A DNA stretch of 64,000 bases from Flectonema sp. DT1601 (taxonomy: Eukaryota): assembly GCA_964019425.1 (NCBI GenBank), contig OZ025783.1, positions 372,001 through 436,000 on the forward strand. Direction: 5' to 3'. This document shows positions 35,622 to 46,456 of this stretch, one piece after another (position 1 is the first letter of the stretch; every line of letters begins with the position of its first letter). The position numbers were made by a program, and so were the translations under genes. The notes beneath the pieces were generated by a model, which was given only the letters and a program-made list of their open reading frames with translations, was not told where the DNA came from and ran no database searches.

Positions 35622-37577
35622 TTATAATTTACTCTCATCGTTTCCACCAAGATCATGAATTTCACTCTCAGAGAGAGGAAGTCCCATCAAGGCATTGCAT
35701 GAGCTTACAAATTTTAATCTCTTTTTAAGATCCGTGTGTCGAACGATTCTTGAGAGAATTTTAATCTCATCGGCGATTAAGTCTCTGTTTTTACGATGAG
35801 CTGTTGGGTTTGTCTTCCAGACTAAGACGGGTGCTGAGGGTTGTTGTGAAGAAAGCGGAGTTGACTTCCGTGAATGTGAATATTTACTTACAGCTTCGAA
35901 TATATCAACTGGCACATCACGTGATGGACACATCAACACTTCGCGATGCCACAGAGGCTGAGGACGAACCTGTGTTAAAAAATCCGCCTGCTGCAAGTAC
36001 GATAAGAACCTGATTTCCTCCCCTGAACTACCAACAGTAAATCCCCTATTACGTAACACTGAAGGCAGTGATGGAATAATCCCACAGAGTATTTGAAATG
36101 ATGGTATAAATGATTTTAATCCAAAAATCCATTCTGAAAACGTTACGATTCCAGGACGAACTTCCACCCCTTCCCAATAAGCTATAAGCAACCGCTGCTC
36201 GACAAGACTCTTTTGTCTAACGTAATAAACTAATTTTTCATTTGGATCAACATTTCTTGGATCAGAAGAGGTTCCGTTTATAACTGACAATTGAAATGGC
36301 AACTTAGTCTGTGGATTTGTAAAACTTGCTAATGGATGGTCAAGTCTGTGTAAAGGAGAACTCCATGAAATAAACTTTATATTCGATTCTTTTGACAATA
36401 TAGCGACAGAACCTTTATTCGTTTCTTTTATTGGAGTGTTAAGTGATAGAGGGATGTTTGAGTGGATTCCAGTTGGAAGATCCTTTCCAATCCATTCTCT
36501 GTTGTGGTAATTTGATGCAGAAAAAACTGTAACGACTTTACCGTTCCAGATAGTCGCGTGTCCAGATTTTCCAGGAAATTGATGAGATCTGATGACACGT
36601 CGTAATTTTGGATTCGCCTTGATGAAATCATTCACTAGTAGTTCTGTGAATAGAACTCCTTCTCCTCTTGGAGAATGAGACCATCGTTTCTTCGATGATT
36701 TCCCAACCGGGGATACATCCGGATCAGACCACACACCATGACTCAATATCACATTTTGACGTTCCGATGACCTCCTGTTCTTTTTCATACTTTTTTTCAT
36801 ATTTTCTAATTCCTTAAACGTTGGAGCTGGTGTCGTTCCAAACAGCCCTCCATGAATAATAAACGAGGTATCGTTAACAACAGATGACAACGGTAACGTT
36901 CCAAAAAACGTAACAAATAATGAATACACATATGGACCATACTTCGCATTACATTCGTCATAAAACCCATAAAGTAGGTTAAGTAGTTCTTCTTCATGAT
37001 TTCCTTTATTAATAAATATTTGAGTTGGATATTTAAGTTTTAAAGCACATATCAGAAGGACGACCTCACAGCCGCAATTACCACGATCAACCAGATCACC
37101 GTTGAAAACTATTTTGGTATTGGGATTTGACTTTGGATTCCAAGTGTTAAGAATTGATAGCAGATCACCTATTTGACCATGGATGTCGCCTACGATGATG
37201 GTGTCTCCAGTTTTATTTATAACTCTCGATAATAAAGATGTGTTTTGATGAAGTAATGTACAAGACTGTAATATCCTAATCGCATCAACGACGTGGATTC
37301 GACCACTACTTTCAATAACGTCAATCAGAGCGTTAATATCTGTTTCTAATTCTATTTCACTCTCAAGAGGGAATTCATGAAGCCTGTCACCAGCTTCTTC
37401 ATTAGCCTCCGTTCCTATTATTACCCCATCCACAATATTCGTAGGTAGCAGTGGTGTAGCATCCGGTAGTCCTCTCTGATTTTTTTTTATTTTTCCTTCT
37501 CTCACACCTGACTGGATCTCCCTCCCTAAATAGTGCCGTTGCAGTGTTGCTACTGCAACGTCATGGCCCGTGGGCAT
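35622..37577 (-). CDS. PPP-family Ser/Thr protein phosphatase (PPEF/PP5-like) ending in PTS1 -SKL
   Basis: GDIHG, GDLVDRG, GNHE, HGG, WSDP, RSHQ and TVFSASNY. Confidence 0.9.
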   Translation of the reverse strand: MPTGHDVAVATLQRHYLGREIQSGVREGKIKKNQRGLPDATPLLPTNIVDGVIIGTEANEEAGDRLHEFPLESEIELETDINALIDVIESSGRIHVVDAIRILQSCTLLHQNTSLLSRVINKTGDTIIVGDIHGQIGDLLSILNTWNPKSNPNTKIVFNGDLVDRGNCGCEVVLLICALKLKYPTQIFINKGNHEEELLNLLYGFYDECNAKYGPYVYSLFVTFFGTLPLSSVVNDTSFIIHGGLFGTTPAPTFKELENMKKSMKKNRRSSERQNVILSHGVWSDPDVSPVGKSSKKRWSHSPRGEGVLFTELLVNDFIKANPKLRRVIRSHQFPGKSGHATIWNGKVVTVFSASNYHNREWIGKDLPTGIHSNIPLSLNTPIKETNKGSVAILSKESNIKFISWSSPLHRLDHPLASFTNPQTKLPFQLSVINGTSSDPRNVDPNEKLVYYVRQKSLVEQRLLIAYWEGVEVRPGIVTFSEWIFGLKSFIPSFQILCGIIPSLPSVLRNRGFTVGSSGEEIRFLSYLQQADFLTQVRPQPLWHREVLMCPSRDVPVDIFEAVSKYSHSRKSTPLSSQQPSAPVLVWKTNPTAHRKNRDLIADEIKILSRIVRHTDLKKRLKFVSSCNALMGLPLSESEIHDLGGNDESKL

Positions 37578-38273
37578 GACTCCAGCCTGAGAAAATAATA
37601 AAATTTAAAAAAGAAAATCCAGATAAGATTTTTTTACGAAAAGCAACGCGTCTAACGTTGCTGCAGACGACCCAATCCGTAGCCGCATATATTGTCACTG
37701 AATTATGAAAGTAATAATAATTATAAAAGTGTACTTCGCAGCCAATTTTTTTTCTTTTTTTTTTAAAAGAAGAAACTTGAAGATGGGAGAGGAAATAAAA
37801 ACAGCTGTGTAGTATAACAATAAGGTCTAAACAAGCCTCATTCAGGGGTAGCTCATACTTTGAGACCTTTCGAAAATGGAGGAAGGAGTTTGCGATTAAA
37901 AGAACATTCACTAGGAGAGAGAAAAAAAAAATTAAAAAGAAAATATAAAAACACCCACGAAATAACAGAAATCGCAGTAACAGCAACCTGGTTTACGTTT
38001 TTTACGTGTTTGAGACATAAAACATAAAACTACCAAAAATTGCCACACTGTTCTTAACTTCCGAAATTGCGTGTGTGTGTGTATTGTGTGAGTTTTTTTT
38101 TTTTTTTTTTTTAATTGTTGCTTGTACAACAATGGGTAATAATATGGGAAAAGGGAAACATCAGAAAAGAAAAAAAGGAAAATTCAGGTTTAAAAAGATA
38201 AATCAATTTATTCTAATTTTTTTATTTTAAAAAAAAAAAAGAATTCGTCGGCTTTCTTGCAAACAATTTCGTG

Positions 38274-38565
38274 GGGGGATAACTGTTTGATTTTGTACGT
38301 AAAATACAAATGTATTGTATCATAAACAACATAACGATAATTTAACATTAGTTTTAGATACAGTGACTAGGTGTGATGCGTAACTCAGCCTTTTAAAGTA
38401 ACTATTTAGGTTTCGAGAGTAATCCATCTACCTCTTACCTCTATTCTCTCATCATCAGTATGGTGTAGAAGTAAGTCAATCATCTGTTGTGACTGAAGCA
38501 TCTTAGTTAGCAAGACTAGGATGTAGTTACTTTGTTATAATGTTTATATATAAAAAAAAACATTC
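38274..38565. mobile_element. Foldback/MITE-like element enclosing hammerhead-like copy 2
   Basis: Homologous to 24407-24655; long imperfect inverted arms; left arm repeated at 53087-53150. Confidence 0.6.
38408..38475 (-). ncRNA. Putative pseudoknotted hammerhead ribozyme, copy 2 (possibly degenerate)
   Basis: As copy 1, but with an extra U after CUGAUGA and a G.A mismatch at the first stem I pair. Confidence 0.5.
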
Positions 38566-40367
38566 TTCTTGTTGTTACTAGTTCGTAGCGCACTACTAGC
38601 GGAGCACTCTTCTACAATAAATGTAGAAAGTATAGTGGGGGAGGGAATCATAAGTTCGCTTCATGATGTAGAAACAGTAATAAACTATAGAACTCAAGAT
38701 AGCGAAGTATGAAAGAAAATTTAGCTTGCTTCATTTCAAAATAGTATTTAAAATGTAAAGATAACAGATAACAACAGCAATGTTGTTATCCGTGTATAAT
38801 CCGTGGTTTGAAGAAAAAAAATAAAATAAAAACCGTAAACTGATATTTCGATTTTACGGAGATATTGCAAAAAAAGAAAAATAAACACCAGCTTGTACAA
38901 CAAAAAAAAATTATTGATGATGGGAAAAGCGTGGAACTTGACAATGTAAAAAACAGAAACAACTTTAGCTAAAGGGGACGATGAATGTAATAGAGCCTTT
39001 GATCTTATTCGAGACACACAACAGAGTTAAGGAATCACTTGACAACTTTGCGTCAAAAAACCAGAAACCCATTTTACGGTAAAACGTATTTGCTTTTTTT
39101 TCGCAGTCCAATTTTTTTTTTTTTTTTTGTAATGACGGACAACGGGCAAAACGAACAAAGGAAAAAAAAATGGGGAGAAAAAAAGAATTAAAAAAAATAA
39201 AAAATACCAGTTTAAGAATAACAATCAGAATGGTTTATTTTTTATTTCATTTTATTCTTTTTTTGTTTTACAGAACATGTTGAAAGTTAGCTGAATAGAT
39301 CTTAAGAAAGGGCTATCCAGAGGAAAGGTTACATGCAAAAACATTGCACGAAATATCAACAACAAAAGAAACGGTCGAAGAAACAGTAACTAACATTTTT
39401 TTTTTCCAATTTAAAATTAAAATCCCAGGAAGAGGCCAGACCTCCCACCACATTGCTTGAAAAGCAATCAGCGGTTTAAAATTAATTATACGATCCCGTC
39501 ACAAATTGTACGGAGGCAAAAAAAAAAAACTTTTTTTTTTCTCTGGTGCAAAATGAGTAAATCGATATGCAGACTTTAATGTCCAATAGGAAGGTGGTAT
39601 TAGGAAGAAAGACAACAATAGATCAAAACTCTAAGAAGACAAAACACGTACGTAATAAAGACTGACGGGCAAAATTGCTACTTTCAACAAGATAATTTTT
39701 AAAAAAAAAAGGGAAGATGAATAAACAACAGAATTACTTTCACTACCTCGTTTGGAGACAGATAGAGAGTTCGGCTGCCACATCCTAACACATGTCCTGT
39801 TTAAAACAAGGACACAATTTTTAGTGTTAACCAATTTCTTTTTTTTTTTTTTATTATTATTGTTCAACAAAAAGATTTTTTTTTGATCTCAAAAAAAAGA
39901 AAAAAACTTAATAAAAATAAAAATAAAAACAACAGCCAAGGTAAAAAAAAAGAAAAACTTTGGAATAAATGTTAAATAATTATACATACAAACTTGTGAC
40001 AAATGGTAATTTTTTTTTTTTTTGTTAAAGTCAGGGAAGTCAACACCAAACCCACAGGGTATCAACAATTTAGTATCACAACTCTCGCAGGCGAGAAGAG
40101 GGTGACGACCACCGTTTGCACGAAGCAGGTAGAGTAAGAGACGGCTGATAACGCCAATTTTTCACCAAGTAGGAGAACACGTCACTACTAAATTACAACC
40201 TGGAATACAAAAGTTAGTTAGCAAAAGCAAGAACAAAAATAAAAGAGGAACCTCATTTTTTTCTTACTTTTTTTTATTATTCACACCGTTGTTTTGTGTG
40301 CGCAACCTGAGCATGCTCCGATTTCCCAAAGACCTGAGCGACGAGCCCCTACTGAAGGTTCGAGACG

Positions 40368-40529
40368 CCAGACAAATCACTCCACCAACCAGGAGCGGCC
40401 ATGCACCACCACACAATGGATCGAGAAAGAGCTCTCAATCTGTCAATCCTTTCATTGTCCTGACCTAGTAAAATTCCCCGTGTTGAGTCAAATTAAGCCG
40501 CATACTCCACGCCTGGTGGTGTCATTCCG
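40368..40529 (-). pseudogene. Isolated ~160-bp 18S (SSU) rRNA fragment, euglenozoan-like
   Basis: Reverse complement: GGAATGACACCACCAGGCGTGGAGTATGCGGCTTAATTTGACTCAACACGGGGAA...GGATTGACAGATTGAGAGCTCTTTCTCGAT...GGTGGTGCATGGCCGCTCCTGGTTGGTGGAGTGATTTGTCTGG; flanks are not recognisably rDNA. Confidence 0.92.
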
Positions 40530-41006
40530 GGATTATTTACGTATGCGATGGGCAGAACCAGAAAAAAAAAAGAAGAAAAAAAACGTTGATAAAGAATGAA
40601 TTACTTTGTGTTCTAATAGAATCACATGAAGCATCAAAGGTAGCAAACAAAGAAGGAAAATTCCTCATTTCATGGTTCGCTTCTTTTTTTTTTTTCTTAA
40701 AAAGAATTATGAAATGGGAAACAAAAAAGAAAGGATTCCACCATTACCCAAATAAAGAATTGGCTTTATCATAAACTATACAGAAAATAGTAATATAACA
40801 CTTGTTGATATTTTGTTTGTGTCCGAAAACCGTGAACCGACTTAAACTGATAAAGCTAAAGGAGGTTTACGTGTGCTGCTAATGTTCTTTTTTTCTTTTT
40901 GCTCTTAAATGCAGCAAAAATGCAAAAGAAAAAGAAGGGAAAAAACGTGTCATTTTATCCATCTTTGAGGCGGACAGACACAAAGGAAGAACATCTTGGT
41001 TGTGAA

Positions 41007-41037
<31 letters not shown>

Positions 41038-42517
41038 GCGAGGCAGACAGTAAAAGAATAACAATATGAGAGTTGAAAAAAAAAAATTATTTCATTTCCA
41101 GCTGTATCTTTTATGTTTACTTCAGCTCGGGCAGCCACAAAAGCAATGTTAAGGATCCAGTGACCAGATACGTGTTATACGGCATGACCTGAAAAATAGA
41201 ATTCCCAAAAGATTTTTTTTTGAGGCAAACAGACAAGACAGGTAGAACATTTCAGTTGCGGCCGTATCTTTCTTTTTTTTTTTTTTTTTTTTCTTTTTTC
41301 CCTAAATTAAACACATAAATCGACAAACAAACAACGATTCGGATTTTTTTTTATTTTTTTGTTTTGTTTTGTATTTTTGAGTCCTAATGTTGATGAAAAC
41401 ACATAAAAAGACATAAACAGTGGCACGGTTGAAAAAGAAGGGGAAGAAAAAAAAAAAAAAAGAATGGAAAGTTATAGCCCAAAATACGCTGAACCCGGGT
41501 AGAGACTCTTGTTTCCGCATGTTAGTCGTACTTTCGATACAAAAGTCAAACTGTGTATGGTCAGGAATACACCGACGATAATAACAGATTACAGTACATT
41601 GCCGCAGACAGAACCTTACTTAAATTATTCCATCCTGGTTGAGAACCAACCCATGTCAGCGTCACCACGTATATTGGGCCATTTGCAAAAAAAAAAAAAA
41701 GAGATGTATTTTCGGGACGCTTCTCAAAAGAAAACTTCCTGTACCCCTAGATTTTTGTATCTTTTCGAGACACACAGCTAAGGCACACAATATAAAGAGT
41801 AAAGTGATTGGAAAGGGAAAAAAGAAAACAGACGCTCGCGACGTAGTTTTTGACCTTTTTAAGAATAACAAACAAGAACTAATAAAAAAAATAATTGGCA
41901 CCTCGCTAAATAATTCTCACGCCTTGTTTCGATATTTCATTCTTTCTCGGGTCCGAGATTAATATATATCACTTAGTACTACCAAAGTAATCATACAAAG
42001 AGAGTTTATTGTCCCTTTAACATTCATGTGTAAGACTACATCCCTGATTGCACCTCATTAATTGCAAAAAAAAAAAAAAAGAGGGTTGCTGAAAAAAACT
42101 TTTTTGATATAGCTTCTTTTTTTTCAAATCAAAGTGATATGTAACTACGCCTATTAAAAAATCAAACTAACAACAGAAGAAAAAAAAAGTACAGCAATAA
42201 TGCGTCAATAATTTTAGGGGGGAACAAAAAGGAATCGATAACATGATCGTAGAAAAGTCACAATAATTATTAAACAATAATGATATGAGGGTCTTCCCCC
42301 CCAAAAATTGGGCCAGGCTATCCTGTGGGCACCTAACACCCAATCCGAGCCACCACCCCACGAAAAATACTATCCAAAAAACTCAAATCCGGTACTGGGG
42401 CATCCTCTAACTGCTCACCAGTTTATTTTTTTCATTTTTTTTTAACTGTATTAGGTTTGCCTTGTAACTCTATTAAGAACCCTCAAAACACCCAAAATGA
42501 GCTTGTCAGTAGTACTT

Positions 42518-42635
42518 GGGGGGTAACTTGATACTAATATTAAATGGAAAGCAACTTGAAACTGGCAAAAACGAGAATAGGGTTCGGCCAAACCTGGTTG
42601 CAATATAAGAAATCAACAGTTGGTATCGATAAAAA
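42518..42635 (+). mobile_element. ~120-bp G-headed hairpin element, copy 1
   Basis: Near-identical copies at 52198-52307 and 52888-53008. Confidence 0.75.
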
Positions 42636-44726
42636 GGGGGGGGTTCTGCATCGCCTCATATGCATGAAAGAAAAAAAAAAAAAAACCGTAAACCTGTGAG
42701 GGAGAGGGAAAATTAAAGAATAAATATAAAAAAATAGAAGATAAGAAGTTATACGTATACTATTCAATAAATACTCGTTGGTTCATTCTGCAGTCAAGAT
42801 ACGGTCCATGACTCATGCAAAGCATCATTTATTTATTTATTTTTATTTATTTATTTGCTAGGAGCCAAAAATTAAAAAAAAGGAAGAGAGAAAAAAACAG
42901 AATTTGTGTAAGTTGGGAGAAAGAACGTGCAATAAAAACAAATGCTGCTGCTCCCTTGTTTTTTTTTTCCCCTCCTTTTTTCTAAAAACTGTGACGAGAG
43001 AAACAAAAGAATTCTCTCCCGTCGGTCTCAGCTGCTTAACGAAACATACCAAAATACCAGCTTGAAAAAGCTGGTATTTTTTTTTTTTTTTTTTATTTAG
43101 TTTAAAACCAAATCGAAAAAAAGAATAATATAACAAAAAATGAAAATAAAAAAAAAGAGGAGAGAATAGAAAAAAAATAAATATAGCAAAAACTTGTATT
43201 CAAAAAAAAAGCATCCTCGATTGAGGGTTACTCTTTTTTCTGCTCACGTCATCATAGCTGAAACAAGCAACTAAGCGCATCGCAACATAAGCATCGCGAT
43301 GTCTTTAAGAAACCCTGCTTCTGAGTACAGTTAATGTACTCCACAGGAGTGATGAGACAAACAAATTCCGTCAAACATTAGCTGGGAATCCGTTTTGGAC
43401 TGAAAAACCTAACAGAATGAACAACCCACATATCATGGGGGGTTCACAAAACAACTGATAGATAGTTCAAAGTCCATGTGATATAAATAATTAGTTTAAG
43501 GACAATAAAGAGCAAAGTCATTAGCCATCAGTAAACTCAGGCAATTCAGATGTATAGCTTCAGGGGCCATCTGACCCCTAAAGCGAGCAAGGTAATAGTA
43601 TTATATATGGGTAGGTATTCATAAGTGCATTTTTAAGCTATTGTATATGCTACAGAAGAATGCTACAGAAAAAATACAAATACAAATACAAATAAAAAAA
43701 AATAATTTTTTAGCCAAGGGTAAATGCTGACAATTCGGTCCACAAAATAAATTTTGCAGATGTATTTGAGCACCTTAAGATGATCATTTTTTAATCAAAA
43801 CGAAAGAGTAATGAGTAAATCAGGGGGCAATAAATTACAACGAGGTCCACCGGACTGGTGACAATGTTTCCAATGTAGCATGCCAGGGGGTAAGACAGGC
43901 AATGCGCCTGACGTGGGTGTAGTAGAGTCCTGTTTGTTTGGAGCGTTTCTGTTTACTGACAGAACACCCGTCAGGAGGTAACCTGTACTTGGCTTATACT
44001 TCTACCAATTTTCGCAAAAAAAAAAAAAAAAAAAAAACTTCAAACGTATATGAGGAAATATAAAGCAACTTGAAATTGGCTAAAAACCAATTGAGTTGCT
44101 TGCCGTAATGCTATAAATATCTGCATTGTATCAAAAAGATAACTAATGTAAACAATTAGTAATTTATGAGACAGCCGACTAAAGGTAATGTTAGTAGAGG
44201 TACACAATCTAATGTCGTAAAAGCCTCCACACTAAAATCAAGTGTTTGTAACTTATCTAAATACACTCCTCCCTTCCATGTTGTTATTTAGTACAGAATC
44301 GAGTTATGGGGGAGGTACAAATATAGAAAACGTGAGCATGCAGGGAGTGCGTAGGTTTATCGAAATTGCAATCATTCGTGTCATTCCAAGGGAAGAAAGC
44401 CGCTACGACCAAGGTTGCCTTATGGCTAGCTAAGTTGTTAAATAAAAGGTACAAAGAATCATGAATGACATGTACTAACATTCAGACATATGGCAGCCAC
44501 AGTTGGGTTGTGAATCCGACCGCGTACTACAAGTTGAGCACCCCTGCCTTGCAGTTCGTTACAGCGGATGTAGATTTCTTTTCTTTTTCTTGTTTTCGGT
44601 TATCATTTTTTTTTTTTTTAAAACTAGTTAGTTTATGTGAGATTCTTTAGTTAGTATTAATAGTAGTTATCAGTCAAAAAAGAAAAAAAAATTCAAAAAA
44701 TCGTAGGAAACAAACAAATAATGGGT

Positions 44727-44802
44727 TGGTTTCAGGCTATTAAGAAACCTTTCTTCGTACCATTCCCCTTACCCAGCCCTCTTCAGCGAAGAGGTCAAGG
44801 GG
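44727..44802 (-). ncRNA. Putative pseudoknotted hammerhead ribozyme, copy 3 (divergent sequence)
   Basis: Minus strand: CCCCUUGACC-UCUUCG-CUGAAGA-GGGCUG-GGUAAGGGG-AA-UGGU-A-CGAAGA-(12 nt)-UAGCCU-GAA-ACCA. Confidence 0.7.
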
Positions 44803-46456
44803 GACACTGCGGTATCAGGCCTGTCCTACTCATAGCGTTTGCCCTTCTCACCAAAGGGATCACGTCAACATGGTTATTTATTTTAAGTTTGTTGGGAAAT
44901 AGTAAAACAGAAAAATCATTTGTTTGATTTTTTTTTTTTTTTTTTTCTTCTTCTTCCCGAATGTAGTGAACTTTTTTAAAAAAATCCAGTCCGGGGGGGA
45001 AAAAAAAAGAGAGAGACGGCAAACTTACCTGATCACGTGTGGTGCTTCGCCACCAAAGGTGTGGAAACACTTAGAAATCGAACAAACAAAACAAACAAAC
45101 AAGGCAGGATTGCACATCTTCTACTCTCCAAGGCGGGAACGTAAATAAGAAAGCGACAAGAAGCGTGAAAGAAGAAAAGAAAAAATATTAAAGAAACAAG
45201 ACATTTTAACAAGCCTTCATCGTGAATACCTCCTCCAATGAGAAAGGAAACACAAAAAGAGGAAAAATGACAACGATTGACTTGTCTGCTTTGATGGTGG
45301 CGCATTTCAAAAACTGAAGGACACAATAGGGGACGACCATCACATGTTCTATTAAAGAAAAGACTGCCGTTGACTAAAGACGATTAGAACTAACTTTGGA
45401 GTAACTCCAAGGCCCCTAACCTAACCAAGCAATAATTTCGCAGTACAAAAACACAAACGGGATGAGACAAGATAGTGCTAAGAAACAAGAACCAAAACAA
45501 CGACAAATCTAGCAGTTTGGAAACACAAATAATGTGACAATGTCATAATGATTATCAATACCAAGTTGTGTAATTAAGGTAATAATTAAATCAAATAGAA
45601 TAAATAGGTAGATATATATTTTACCAAGAAATACATTTTGCCACCAAAAGGCGTACTATTTTTTTTTTTTTTTTTTGCAAAGAGAGGAGAAAAAAAACCA
45701 AAAAAAAAAAAAAAAAAAAAAAAACTGAAATTTTCTCCTCGTCTTAGTGAACCACTGCGGGCAGCAGTCTAAGGAAAGATAAAAGGAAGAGAATTTTTTT
45801 TTTTTTTTTTTTTTTTCACAAGAATTTTTCCTCACAAGAATAATTCCTGGCCAAGGTTAATGGTTCTCCAATTTGTCTCTAAGAGTTCCTTTGCTAGAAA
45901 TCAGTCTTGTGAGGAAGACTCACACAAGTTTTTTTTTTTTTTTTTTTTCCAACCTAAATTTATGAGAAAACCTCCCGAGAATGAATTCCTCAAGAGAACT
46001 TCCTTTTACAGTTATTTTGGTAAAACCCTACGCACCACATTTCCAACTTTTTTTTTTTTTTCTTTTTTTCTGATTATTTTTTCTCAGGATTTTCTCTGGT
46101 GAATTTCTCAAAAAAAAACAAAGAAAGAAAAAAAAAAAGGGGGATTTTAATACGATACGAAAAGAGAATACTGCAGGTCTTTGGGGGTAATAAATAATCC
46201 CCCAACGAACCAGCAATGCAACAGGTTACTTTATGTCTCAATGCGACTAGCAGCTTCCAATAGATACGGAGCTTTTAAAACACTGAACCAAAGTAAGAAT
46301 GCATTTATACCTCGAGTAGAATACCTTTTAAGTTTTAGCAGTGTGGTTAAACACATTATTTTTTTCTTTTTTTTTTTCATTAGTCTATTTTACCTCTACA
46401 GTCGGGGTTTCGCACGGCGAAAGATGCAAAAAAATTTGCTTGAAAAGCAAAAGGTT

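Noticed and set aside
40330..40367. GGTTCGA T-loop-like sequence and similarity to 23944-23966
   Set aside because: No cloverleaf; match too short.
44520..44567. Twister-like UAAC..CUGC in the covarying hairpin
   Set aside because: Lacks the twister L4 consensus and pseudoknot partners.
45785..46110. Loose repeats with TTCCTCACAAGA/TCTTGTGAGGAA inverted pair
   Set aside because: Too degenerate to define an element; not a CRISPR array.
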